The notes beneath the pieces were generated by a model, which searched no databases, was not told where the DNA came from, and saw nothing but the letters and a program-made list of their open reading frames with translations. 64,000 nt of DNA from Clostridia bacterium (GTDB lineage: Bacteria; Bacillota; Clostridia; Christensenellales; DTU072). Positions within the stretch are counted from its first letter, which is position 1. Each line of letters begins with the position of its first letter. A program made the position numbers and the translations under genes. Shown here piece after piece: positions 1-9,362 of this stretch. The stretch is from NCBI GenBank assembly GCA_035409945.1, contig DAONQC010000001.1, positions 87,361 to 151,360 of the forward strand, given 5' to 3'.

Positions 1-627
1 ATCTTGGACGCACCTTCCAATAGGTGCGGTGATCTCGCCTTCTGTTATTTTAATTTTTCCATCAAGTAGTGCTATATATTTTTTTATAACATTTCGTTTG
101 GAAAATTGATTAGCTATGTTTATGTGGGCATTGTCATTTTTAGCGACAACCATAAGCCCTGTCGTATTCTTGTCTAGCCTGTGAATTATGCCAGGACGTA
201 TTGTTCCATTTATGGAAGAAAGGTCTTTTAAATGATACATCAATGCGTTGACTAATGTGCCTGAATAATTACCCGCTGCGGGATGTACAACAATGCCTCT
301 TTGTTTATTAATAATAGCTATGTCAGCATCTTGATAAATAATGTCTAAAGGTATTTCTTGGGGCTCGGCAGATATGGTGGTTGGCGGCGGAATAATAATT
401 TGGATTTCATCTCCCTCGCGCAATATTGTAGATGGTTTATAAATTATTAAGTTATTTTTATAAACATTTCCATTAATTATTAATTTTTGTACAGCATTAC
501 GGGTGTTTGGTATACAATTGAGTTTTTTAATATCTACATTATGACACAATGAGAGTGCTTGAGTTATGTAAACATCTGCTCTCTCACCCATTACCCCTTC
601 ATTAACTATTAACTTGATATTTTCCAT
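1..627 (-). CDS. rluD: RluD/RluA-family rRNA pseudouridine synthase (partial; C-terminus lies beyond the window edge)
   Basis: My own minus-strand translation from the ATG at 627-625 gives MENIKLIVNEGVMGERADVYITQ..., an S4-like N-terminus. The catalytic-loop motif PGIIHRLDKNTTGLMVVAKND lies around nt 130-200. The ORF is absent from the track because it runs off the window. The lspA-rluD adjacency is conserved. Confidence 0.9.
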   Translation of the reverse strand, partial: MENIKLIVNEGVMGERADVYITQALSLCHNVDIKKLNCIPNTRNAVQKLIINGNVYKNNLIIYKPSTILREGDEIQIIIPPPTTISAEPQEIPLDIIYQDADIAIINKQRGIVVHPAAGNYSGTLVNALMYHLKDLSSINGTIRPGIIHRLDKNTTGLMVVAKNDNAHINIANQFSKRNVIKKYIALLDGKIKITEGEITAPIGRCVQD

Positions 628-663
628 TTATATACCTATTTATAGGTTAAGTGACTTATTATA

Positions 664-1188
664 TTACTCTTTATTTTTTTGGTCTTTTTTAAAATCTTTT
701 ACATAAAAAATAACAACATAAAGAATTACTAAAAAGCACCCTATTGTCAAACAAGAATCTGCAATATTAAATACAGGAAAATCTATTATTTCAAAATATA
801 TAAAATCTCTAACATGTCCAAGCATAAATCTATCGACGATGTTGCCTATACCACCAGCGACAATTAGTATAAAGCCTATTCTAATTAATTTATCCTTCAA
901 TTTGCTGATACTTAACACTTGTATCGTAAATATTATAATAATTATTATTAATGATACTATTCCCAAAATATTTGCATTATTTTTAAAAATTCCGAAAGAG
1001 GCACCAGTATTTTGAACGGCTGTAAACTTTAACACATTTTTTATTAATATAATATCAGACGCTTCTTGATTGATCGGTTCATAAATATAAATTTTCGTTA
1101 ATAAGTCAATAGCGACAAAAACTAGTATTAAAAAAACTTCAATACATATATTCAATATAACTTTTTTTTTCATCTTATAATCTGCCAT
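664..1188 (-). CDS. lspA: Lipoprotein signal peptidase II
   Basis: 174-aa polytopic membrane ORF with LspA motifs GASFGIF, GNIVDR and FNIADSCLTIG. The true start may be M6 at 1173 (MKKKVIL...). Confidence 0.9.
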   Translation of the reverse strand: MADYKMKKKVILNICIEVFLILVFVAIDLLTKIYIYEPINQEASDIILIKNVLKFTAVQNTGASFGIFKNNANILGIVSLIIIIIIFTIQVLSISKLKDKLIRIGFILIVAGGIGNIVDRFMLGHVRDFIYFEIIDFPVFNIADSCLTIGCFLVILYVVIFYVKDFKKDQKNKE

Positions 1189-1212
1189 ACATCTTCAAAA
1201 TGATTTCATTAA

Positions 1213-1878
1213 TTATGCGTCAAAGATTGCCCTTCCTAGCCTTATCATATTTGAGCCTTCTAATATTGCATCCATATAGTCATTAGACATTCCCATGGAT
1301 AAATGTTGAATATTCGGATTTGATTTTTGAAGGGAATCAAATAAGTTTTTAGCTTCCTTAAAGTATTCACGTCTTATGTTGGTATTCAGTGGTGTTACAA
1401 CCATAAGTCCTTTAACAATGATTCTTGGATATTTTTGAACGATTGAATAAAAACTGTTAACAGCATTAAATTCTAATCCTGCTTTATTTTCTTCATTACC
1501 AGCATTAATTTGCAAAAAGATTTCTTGTTTTTGTGAATATACTATACAAAGCCTTTCTATTTCGTCACATGTTTTTTGGTCACATACACTTTGAATAGTA
1601 TTCGCTTTTCCAATCAAATACTTTATTTTATTCCTCTGAACTTGACCAATAAAATCCCATATTAAATCGTTAGTATATTTATCTCTAAAACTCTGTGCTT
1701 TATTTTCAGCCAGCCTCACATTTTTAAAAAACGAGGCAGCATATTTAGCTTCGCTAACAGTTCGATTTTTTGTAGCTAAAACAACAGTAATAGTTGAAAT
1801 ATCATCACATATCTCTTTTATATTATTAACAACTGCTTTAACATTTCGTGTAATTATATCTTTATTTATAAGTTCCAT
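1213..1878 (-). CDS. yggS: YggS/YlmE-family pyridoxal-phosphate homeostasis protein
   Basis: 221 aa with alanine-racemase-N-like fold motifs: VLATKNR (PLP lysine context) and the C-terminal LSMGMSNDY...IRLGRAIF. Confidence 0.88.
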   Translation of the reverse strand: MELINKDIITRNVKAVVNNIKEICDDISTITVVLATKNRTVSEAKYAASFFKNVRLAENKAQSFRDKYTNDLIWDFIGQVQRNKIKYLIGKANTIQSVCDQKTCDEIERLCIVYSQKQEIFLQINAGNEENKAGLEFNAVNSFYSIVQKYPRIIVKGLMVVTPLNTNIRREYFKEAKNLFDSLQKSNPNIQHLSMGMSNDYMDAILEGSNMIRLGRAIFDA

Positions 1879-1953
1879 TAGTATATTATATTGTTCTCCT
1901 TTGTTTTAATCTAGTCTTTATGAAACATTCATAAATTGTTAGACAAAGTTTGT

Positions 1954-4900
1954 TCACTCGGAAACTAAATATGTTGACCATATAGGATGATTAGCATAAT
2001 AAGATATCTTACTATTAGGTAATAATATATTTAGTTTGTTGTAATCATACGTGTCAAGCATGCCTCCATTAAAAATATGATTATACGTTATAACTTCTTT
2101 TTTATTGTCTTTCAAATCGATTGTTAAATTTGTTTCTCCATCCCAGTATAGCGAACTGTTACCTAGCTCTTTAAGATTAGTGAATTTATAAGTATGAACA
2201 TTTGGTGTGTTAAAAAAAGCGTAATTATAAACATGTAGCCCTTGTGGAGAGTCAATATCTGAAAAATTAAACATATACTCTTCTGGGTCGTACCTATCAG
2301 TATATATTTTTTGTAGATTTTGCATTGAACTAAATGCATATTCTCTTATTTCAATTAATTTTCCCCTTCCTAAAAATTTAACTTCACTCAAAAAGCTTGC
2401 ACCATAAAAGGCAAAGTCATTTATTACTGCTACCGATTGAGGAACTATGTAAGTAGGTTTGGTTGCGCCTGCCGGATAGGAAATTAACCTTTTTTTACTT
2501 TTATCGAACAAAACACCATCCTCTTGACTTAGTACAGGATTATCTTTTGCAACAAGATAAAACTTAATATTATTTAGTCCCATTAATGCTGTCGAGTTTA
2601 TACTAGTCACATAACTTAAGTCTATTGACTTAATTTGCAAGTTATACAAAGAATACGGAGCAAGCTCCTTTACATTTGATAAATTAATACCTTTGATTAT
2701 TCTTTGTTTAGCATTAAACGAATTTTTACCTAAATAATCAATTATTCTATATGATTGTCCATTTTCACTAAATTCTTTGGGAACATCTATATACCACTTC
2801 TTTGAAATCCAACAATACACCCCATACGTTCCTGTTGGCCGTTTAAATAGGATGCATTTATTTTCAGTATCTTTAAAAAGTCCATTTCTAAAAACATAAT
2901 AATCTTCACTAGGAACCCCATCTATCGAGACAATAATATAATTATCTATTATCTCTGTTTTAACAAATGTATTAAAATAATAATATTTTACATACTTATC
3001 TAAAATTTGAGCAGCCTTATTTAACATAGTTAATTTATTTAAATTGATGATGTAAAATTTATTCCCCCAATCTGTTTGAGCATATATTACAATTTCCATA
3101 TGCTTAATTAATGAACTGATTTTAATCGTTTCTGAATCTTTAAAATGTTCGTTTAACACTGTATAATTATTCAAACACCTTAAAAAAACACCAAAGTCTG
3201 TATATAATTTTTTCGCACATTCTCTGTATCTATTAATTAAAGAAAAGTTAGAAAACTCCATTGGAATAAACTCTGGGATGATGGTAACATCATATTCTTT
3301 CATTGTAAAAATATCTGATATATTTTCGCCCTCATCTCGCATATTGGATGTTTTATATAATTTTAAACTCTTAAGTTTATATCCTTTATCCGCTAATATA
3401 CTAAGTTCGACCAAAGCTCCAGAACTATATGTATTAGTGTTTTTTATAGTACTAACATTTCCGCCATAACTATTATCAATATCAACTCTATATGAAATAA
3501 CATTTGACGTGTTAACTATTTTATCATAATTGAGATTTATGATAGGAGTATTATCGGGTGTTGTAAATGTATTATTAATAATTCCTGTTAAATTGTAACG
3601 GATTTGTGTAACTGAATATTGATGATTATTTGCCCTACTATTTATAAAAACCGTAACGCTCTCTCCCTCAAAAGTTATTGATTTATCAGGATATATTAAG
3701 AAAAACTCATCTTCACAAGCATTAATAATAACAGTAGGTTTAAATATGACCATAATATTTATATTACTATTTTTCATTAAAAATCCAATCTTAGATTGTG
3801 AAAAATAAGTATCAATATCTGTTTCATTGCTATATGAAACTAGGGTATCTTCTTGTTCTCCGTTTTGCCCGTGTTTGACTACTAAACTGAATAAGCCAAA
3901 ACCTTCAGCAGGATTGATATCTAATTCTACTAATTCGTTAAATTGAGCCAATTCTGAATTAGACTCTATATTACCATTCCCCATTTGTGTAATTGTAATA
4001 TGGTATTCGTTTGTTGAAGTAACATGTTTAGGAATGGCTTTAATTTCTATATCATAACTAGGCATTAAAAACGACCCAGAATAAGAGCTAATTCCATCTA
4101 ATTCAATATTAACTTCTTCATATAAAGTACTATTCAAATTAATATATTTAAACTCAACGCTATTAGGGGCGAGCAAACTAGTATTTTCTAATTCAAGTTT
4201 AATTAATTCACCTTCAGTTGCGAAATCATGTGAAACAATTGGTTTCGGGGAATATGTATCAGATACTTTGATTTTATAAATTTGAGGTGAAAGCGTTATA
4301 GTTAATACAGAATCTTCATTAGGCATAATTAAATTATCTAATGATACAAAATTTCCATTTAAAAGTATATTATTAATTTTAACATTATCTAAATATGAAG
4401 TATCAAGAACAATTTTTTCCCCTTCATAAAAACGGTTTTCTATATTTGTGGTTGTTATTATTTTGTCAGAAGGTGTTCCTGAAGATTCTTTTACTTGTAT
4501 TGTTAAATTATATAATTTTTGTTTATTTATTGGTTGGATTATGGGTTTAATCAAAACAGTATCGTTGGGCATAATAAACCCTTCTATGTCGGTTGTACTC
4601 TGGTTGTTAATCAAAAGCTGCGTACATATAAAGCCCTCATCACATATAATTTCTATCGGAACATACTCTCCAGTACTAGCTTTTGTAACGAAAGTATTTA
4701 TTTTTATATTATTTGTTTCATCTATTGTAACATCGTATTTTACATCACAATTAATTTTTACTACTTCTGCCGCAATAGTAACTGGCTTGGAAGGCATTAG
4801 AAATGAATCTGAAACACTCTCACTTGTTTCTATAATGTAGATTTTATTGATGTAGTAACCTAATGACGGTATAGCGTCTACATAAACTGTATCATCTCTA

Positions 4901-5592
4901 TGAGCTAGTTCTTTACTTACATTAATGATAACATTTTCTTGTTTATAAACATTAACTTTTAACGGAGGCAGTTCAAATATTGCTATAATGGTAATGGGAT
5001 AGGGAGGCATTAAAAACGATTTGGTATCGTCGTTAATAATTATATCATCATTTATACCATCATTTGATTTAGCACATAGCGAACCAGGTTTTAGTATATA
5101 GTCGTGGTCGATGTATGAAATTTCAAGTGTGATTTCTGTACCTTTTGCTGCTGTGATTTTTGTATCTTTTGCTGTTTTATTTAAATTAGTCTTAATTTCT
5201 GCAACATCATAGCTAGCAATAAAAATTTCATGAGGATAAGTATCGACACTCTGCCATTTGGCAAAAATCGTTCTGCTTTCAACAGCTTTGAATAAATCAA
5301 TGTTAAGCTTATCTGCTGAATTAAAGCTTAAATCTAAATACCACCCAACAAAAACATATCCTTCTCTTATAGGTTCATGTTCTGGTAACTCAATTGTATC
5401 ATTTTTATTCAATGTAATACTAACTGCAGAAATATTTCCAGGAAAAACACCACCATTAGCATTAAATGAAATAACTATAGCTTTATTATTTTGTTGAGCA
5501 TTACTGTCACAAGAGCATAATAATGCTCCTGTTAAACATATAACAATAACTAACAATGCAATTACAAAATATTTATTCAATTTTACATACAT
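1954..5592 (-). CDS. Giant secreted or cell-surface protein with an N-terminal signal peptide, Listeria-Bacteroides (Flg_new/InlB-B type) repeats and C-terminal BspA-type leucine-rich repeats
   Basis: 1212 aa. The hydrophobic N-terminus is MYVKLNKYFVIALLVIVICLTGALLCSCDS. One repeat reads FNANGGVF...REGYVFVGWYLD...IFAKW. The C-terminal LRR-like units include NDFAFYGASFLSEVKF and IREYAFSSMQNLQKI. No Shine-Dalgarno sequence precedes the ATG. Confidence 0.75.
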   Translation of the reverse strand: MYVKLNKYFVIALLVIVICLTGALLCSCDSNAQQNNKAIVISFNANGGVFPGNISAVSITLNKNDTIELPEHEPIREGYVFVGWYLDLSFNSADKLNIDLFKAVESRTIFAKWQSVDTYPHEIFIASYDVAEIKTNLNKTAKDTKITAAKGTEITLEISYIDHDYILKPGSLCAKSNDGINDDIIINDDTKSFLMPPYPITIIAIFELPPLKVNVYKQENVIINVSKELAHRDDTVYVDAIPSLGYYINKIYIIETSESVSDSFLMPSKPVTIAAEVVKINCDVKYDVTIDETNNIKINTFVTKASTGEYVPIEIICDEGFICTQLLINNQSTTDIEGFIMPNDTVLIKPIIQPINKQKLYNLTIQVKESSGTPSDKIITTTNIENRFYEGEKIVLDTSYLDNVKINNILLNGNFVSLDNLIMPNEDSVLTITLSPQIYKIKVSDTYSPKPIVSHDFATEGELIKLELENTSLLAPNSVEFKYINLNSTLYEEVNIELDGISSYSGSFLMPSYDIEIKAIPKHVTSTNEYHITITQMGNGNIESNSELAQFNELVELDINPAEGFGLFSLVVKHGQNGEQEDTLVSYSNETDIDTYFSQSKIGFLMKNSNINIMVIFKPTVIINACEDEFFLIYPDKSITFEGESVTVFINSRANNHQYSVTQIRYNLTGIINNTFTTPDNTPIINLNYDKIVNTSNVISYRVDIDNSYGGNVSTIKNTNTYSSGALVELSILADKGYKLKSLKLYKTSNMRDEGENISDIFTMKEYDVTIIPEFIPMEFSNFSLINRYRECAKKLYTDFGVFLRCLNNYTVLNEHFKDSETIKISSLIKHMEIVIYAQTDWGNKFYIINLNKLTMLNKAAQILDKYVKYYYFNTFVKTEIIDNYIIVSIDGVPSEDYYVFRNGLFKDTENKCILFKRPTGTYGVYCWISKKWYIDVPKEFSENGQSYRIIDYLGKNSFNAKQRIIKGINLSNVKELAPYSLYNLQIKSIDLSYVTSINSTALMGLNNIKFYLVAKDNPVLSQEDGVLFDKSKKRLISYPAGATKPTYIVPQSVAVINDFAFYGASFLSEVKFLGRGKLIEIREYAFSSMQNLQKIYTDRYDPEEYMFNFSDIDSPQGLHVYNYAFFNTPNVHTYKFTNLKELGNSSLYWDGETNLTIDLKDNKKEVITYNHIFNGGMLDTYDYNKLNILLPNSKISYYANHPIWSTYLVSE

Positions 5593-5599
5593 ATATATT

Positions 5600-5608
5600 A
5601 TTATATCA
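5600..5608 (-). promoter_or_regulatory. Extended -10 element (TGaTATAAT) ending 7 nt upstream of the ATG of the 1212-aa gene; candidate leaderless or near-leaderless promoter
   Basis: The minus strand reads ctttGATATAATaatatatATGTATGTAAAA. The TG-n-TATAAT element is followed by 7 nt and then the start codon, and there is no SD. Confidence 0.4.
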
Positions 5609-5637
5609 AAGAATTAAACATTGTTTATAAAATAAGA

Positions 5638-7182
5638 TCAATTTGGTAATGTCATAAGTTTTTGAAATAATTTTGCAGTAGCTATAGCGTCACTTAATGC
5701 TCTATGTGCATTTGTATTTGAAATATTAAATCTTTTACATAAACTCTCAAGGTCAGCTCCGCGTGTGATATTTAACTTTTTACGAGCTAAGAGCATTGTA
5801 TCTTTAACTGGATGATCAAAGTTATATGAATATTTTTTTGCATGAAATGTAAGCATACCTAAATCGAAACTTGCATTGTGTGCAATTAATACACATTCAT
5901 GACAAAACTTATAAAAATCGGCAATTACTTCGGAAAATGCGGGTGCATTTTCTAACATGCTATCCACAATATGATTGACTTTAGTAGCCTCAGTTGGCAT
6001 TGGTATTTGAGGTTTAATAAGTGTTTCAAAAGACTCGACAATTAAGCCATTTTTCATTTTTACAGCTCCAATCTCAACTATTTCATCTTTTGTTTGATCT
6101 AATCCAGTGGTTTCTAAATCGAAAACTACATAAATATTAGAATCAAAATCAGGTTTTTGCATTTGGAAAACATTACTCTGTACATAATCATTATAAGGCT
6201 GAGGGAACACAGTGGAATAATCGCTCGCTACACTTTTATATGGAATTTCGGTTGAAATACTTCCATAATCAATTGTACAAGCCGCTAGTCCTCTGACGGT
6301 TAATGAATGCTGGCTTTTGTTACCAAACATTTGTGATAATTTTCCAGTGACAACTACAGTTTGATTTTCTGATAAAAATAAATCCAATGAATCTTGTATA
6401 TCTTTTGATTTAGAAAAACGTGTACATAGTAAAGTATCCGTGCTATCGTTTATAGTGAATTCTGTTATATAATAGTCTCGTCCATCTTTTGAAATTTGCT
6501 TGCTGTTTACACTTGATACTTTTCCACATGCAACAACACTGTCCTTAGATGTTATATTGTTAATATCAGAGATATACACCGGTTGACGAGTAATATGACC
6601 AAAAAATGTTGTACCTTGATTAATATTTATAAGCCTGATTAACTTTTCAGCTTTTGAACCTATTGATAATTTCCTGTTTTTGACAACTAACGATTTTTTA
6701 GTGTCGTTAATAATAATGCTAATATCTTCCATTAATTTTTTTTCGAGTATTAAAGACAAGTTTTTATCAATATCTGCCCCTAATAACAATTGTTTTATAC
6801 TTGGCGTTGTTTCTATGGTTATATCAATCCCATAAGGAGTTGGATTGATTTGTATATCTTGTTCGGAAAGTTGAGAATTTAATAGATGGTGTTCGGAATA
6901 TAGATATCTGCTAACTTCCCCTATAATAAAACTCTCTTCAGAGATGGTCTTTTTAAATTTCACTTCTATGTTGGGTAAAAAACTAAATGTTTCAAAAGCA
7001 AATTCTTTTACATCATTCATTAAGCTCTCGCTTAATTTGTCATCAAAATCCTTTGCATTAACTAATAATATTATAACTAGCCCCCCATTGTCTGTAATAA
7101 CCGCTTCCGAACAGGTAAAAATATGATATTTGTCAGGTAAGGTTTTATTTAATAATTTTATGAATTTAGTTTCTTCTCTCAT
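5638..7182 (-). CDS. PolC-like N-terminal region plus OB fold plus DEDDh 3'-5' exonuclease; no PHP or polymerase core
   Basis: 514 aa. The exonuclease motifs are intact: VVFDLETTGL (ExoI), HNASFDLGML (ExoII) and HRALSDAIATA (ExoIII). They are collinear with the B. subtilis PolC exonuclease insert as I recall it. Residues ~195-300 (GHITRQPVYISDIN...VVACGKVSSVNSKQISKDGRDYYITEFTINDSTDTLLCTRF...VVVTGKL) resemble the PolC OB domain. A good SD is present (AGGGGAAAT-ATG). The gene sits directly after ispG, where Clostridia normally have polC. Confidence 0.7.
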   Translation of the reverse strand: MREETKFIKLLNKTLPDKYHIFTCSEAVITDNGGLVIILLVNAKDFDDKLSESLMNDVKEFAFETFSFLPNIEVKFKKTISEESFIIGEVSRYLYSEHHLLNSQLSEQDIQINPTPYGIDITIETTPSIKQLLLGADIDKNLSLILEKKLMEDISIIINDTKKSLVVKNRKLSIGSKAEKLIRLININQGTTFFGHITRQPVYISDINNITSKDSVVACGKVSSVNSKQISKDGRDYYITEFTINDSTDTLLCTRFSKSKDIQDSLDLFLSENQTVVVTGKLSQMFGNKSQHSLTVRGLAACTIDYGSISTEIPYKSVASDYSTVFPQPYNDYVQSNVFQMQKPDFDSNIYVVFDLETTGLDQTKDEIVEIGAVKMKNGLIVESFETLIKPQIPMPTEATKVNHIVDSMLENAPAFSEVIADFYKFCHECVLIAHNASFDLGMLTFHAKKYSYNFDHPVKDTMLLARKKLNITRGADLESLCKRFNISNTNAHRALSDAIATAKLFQKLMTLPN

Positions 7183-7199
7183 ATTTCCCCTAATAACAA

Positions 7200-8255
7200 C
7201 TAATCTTGAGTAAATTTCTGTACTAAATGTTTTAATTCCTTGACAATGGAATTATTGTCAATATATTTATAAGGTTTACCCGATATAAATAATAATGAAT
7301 TGTTTTTTCCGGCACATATTCCGAAATCTGCATCGCCAGATTCACCTATCCCGTTAACAATACATCCCATAATAGCTATTTTTAGTGGTTTTTTAATGTC
7401 TGCTACGTATTCTTTCATTTCTTTAACAATATTAACAATATCAATTTCAGTTCTTGCGCAAGTAGGACACGATATTATATCTACGAATTCTAAATTCTTA
7501 CCTGTGGCTCTCAAAATATTTTTAGCTAAATGAACTTCATTGATTGGGTTTCCAGTTAATGATACCCTAATAGTATCACCAATATTGTCAGATAACAACG
7601 AACCAATAGCAATAGAAGATTTGATCTCAGCAAAATCGCCGTAGCCAGCTTCCGTCAAGCCTATATGTATTGGATATGGCATTTCTTTATATAACAATCT
7701 ATTGGCTTCTATAGTGGATTTAATATCTGAAGTTTTAATCGAAACGACAATATTATAAAAGTTTTCTTTTTCTAAAACTTTAATGTTTTCTTTTGTAAAT
7801 GATATTAAATCTTCAACTGACATTTTTTTATTAAACGAACCACGATTGACGCCAATCCTAATAATGGTCCCTTTTTCTTTAGCAGCAGCAATTATATTAG
7901 CAAGAGCTTTTTTAGGCATGTTGGATGGGTTAAGTCTAATTTTTGCGGCGCCAGCCTTGATTGCACCGAGTGCCATTTGTTCATCAAAGTGAATATCGGC
8001 GATTATAGGTATATCGCCACTTAATGAAACAATTTCTTTAAATTGAATTAAAGATGCTTTATCAGGTACAGAAACACGGATTAAATCACACCCCGCTTGA
8101 GATAGCATGAAAATTTGTCGTAATGTAGCATCAACATCCGTTGTTTTAGTATTTGTCATAGACTGAATCCTGACAGGATGGTTATTGCCTAAAAATAATT
8201 TACCTATTTTAATTGTTTTTCTATCCATAAACATATTCTCTTTCATATTGTTCAT
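7200..8255 (-). CDS. ispG: 4-hydroxy-3-methylbut-2-en-1-yl diphosphate synthase (flavodoxin)
   Basis: 351 aa with the GcpE TIM-barrel N-terminal half (VRIQSMTNT, IRVSVP) and a C-terminal 4Fe-4S domain (SCPTCARTE...GCIVNGIGE). Confidence 0.95.
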   Translation of the reverse strand: MNNMKENMFMDRKTIKIGKLFLGNNHPVRIQSMTNTKTTDVDATLRQIFMLSQAGCDLIRVSVPDKASLIQFKEIVSLSGDIPIIADIHFDEQMALGAIKAGAAKIRLNPSNMPKKALANIIAAAKEKGTIIRIGVNRGSFNKKMSVEDLISFTKENIKVLEKENFYNIVVSIKTSDIKSTIEANRLLYKEMPYPIHIGLTEAGYGDFAEIKSSIAIGSLLSDNIGDTIRVSLTGNPINEVHLAKNILRATGKNLEFVDIISCPTCARTEIDIVNIVKEMKEYVADIKKPLKIAIMGCIVNGIGESGDADFGICAGKNNSLLFISGKPYKYIDNNSIVKELKHLVQKFTQD

Positions 8256-9355
8256 ATAAATTTTAAAACATCAATAAGAATTGCAAACAATATAATAGCA
8301 AGAAAACCTATTGTATGAATTATACCTTGCACTTTTTTGCTTATTGGTTTTTTGGTTATTATTTCTACTATACAAAAAACAATTCTTGCACCATCTAATG
8401 CTGGAATAGGAAGCAGATTCATCACTGCAATGTTTGCTGATATTATTGATATTGCATATAATAATGTTGCAATGCCAGATCTACTAGCATTGGTCATTAC
8501 TTGTATTGTCGACACGGGACCGCCCAGCGCGTCTATACCTAATTTTCCAGTCAGAAGCCTACCAAATATCTCGAAAACTTTGTAAACTACAAAAAAAGTA
8601 AAAGAAAACGCACGTTCCAAACTTAACCCAAAAGAGATTTTTTGAACACTTATTGTGCCTACAAATCCGAACCCATAATTAGTTTGCTCTTTCTCATCAA
8701 CTAGAGTTGGGGTAAAGTTTCCGTTTTCATCAAATTCGCCAACTATATAATTATATTTGTTTATGGTGATGTTTTCTTGCTTTCCATTTCTCAAAACCAC
8801 TATATCCGCTGTATCTTGAGAGCTTTTAAGCAATACAAAAGCATCATTTGTTTCTAAAACATTTAAATTATGACCGTTAACTTTTAAAACGATATCTCCT
8901 TTCATAATATGATTTTCCGAATCTGGATAAACGTGTTCTACTTTTAACATTACTTGCCCAAATACAGAAAAAAATATTGATATTATTATTAACGCTGAAA
9001 TTAAGTTAAACAATGCACCTGACGCTAAAACAATTATGCGTTTCCAGGCAGGTTTGTTGTCAAATGCTGTGGGGCTGTTAGATTCGTATTCGTCATCCTC
9101 ACTTTCAAATCTGCAAAAGCCACCAAGCGGAATGGGCCGGATGGAAAATATCTCTCCGTTTCTTTTATTTATATGTTTATAAACAGGTGGACCAAAACCA
9201 ACGCCAAATTCAATTATTTTAAACCCAAGCGCTTTCCCTGCTACATAGTGACCAAGTTCATGTATAATTATCATGGAAGTGAGAGCAAGCAAGCCCAGTA
9301 TAATGTATCCAGTAGTTTGTAACACATCTATAAAATTTGAAAGAAGAAAAACCAT
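8252..9355 (-). CDS. rseP: RIP (site-2) zinc metalloprotease, M50 family
   Basis: 367 aa with HELGHY zinc motif, a PDZ-like middle region and C-terminal NLLPIPALDG. Its stop overlaps the ispG start. Confidence 0.9.
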   Translation of the reverse strand: MVFLLSNFIDVLQTTGYIILGLLALTSMIIIHELGHYVAGKALGFKIIEFGVGFGPPVYKHINKRNGEIFSIRPIPLGGFCRFESEDDEYESNSPTAFDNKPAWKRIIVLASGALFNLISALIIISIFFSVFGQVMLKVEHVYPDSENHIMKGDIVLKVNGHNLNVLETNDAFVLLKSSQDTADIVVLRNGKQENITINKYNYIVGEFDENGNFTPTLVDEKEQTNYGFGFVGTISVQKISFGLSLERAFSFTFFVVYKVFEIFGRLLTGKLGIDALGGPVSTIQVMTNASRSGIATLLYAISIISANIAVMNLLPIPALDGARIVFCIVEIITKKPISKKVQGIIHTIGFLAIILFAILIDVLKFI

Positions 9356-9362
9356 AATATTA

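Noticed and set aside
1162-1170. A T9 homopolymer (A9 on the coding strand) right after the probable lspA start, considered as a slipped-strand phase-variation tract.
   Set aside because: It encodes the Lys-rich n-region (MKKKV) of an essential housekeeping gene. Tracts of this length are common in AT-rich genomes.
1879-1953. An AT-only hairpin, TTTATGAA-aca-TTCATAAA, downstream of the 1212-aa gene, considered as a terminator.
   Set aside because: The stem is weak and all A/T, and no T-run follows on the minus strand. It is not convincing as an intrinsic terminator.
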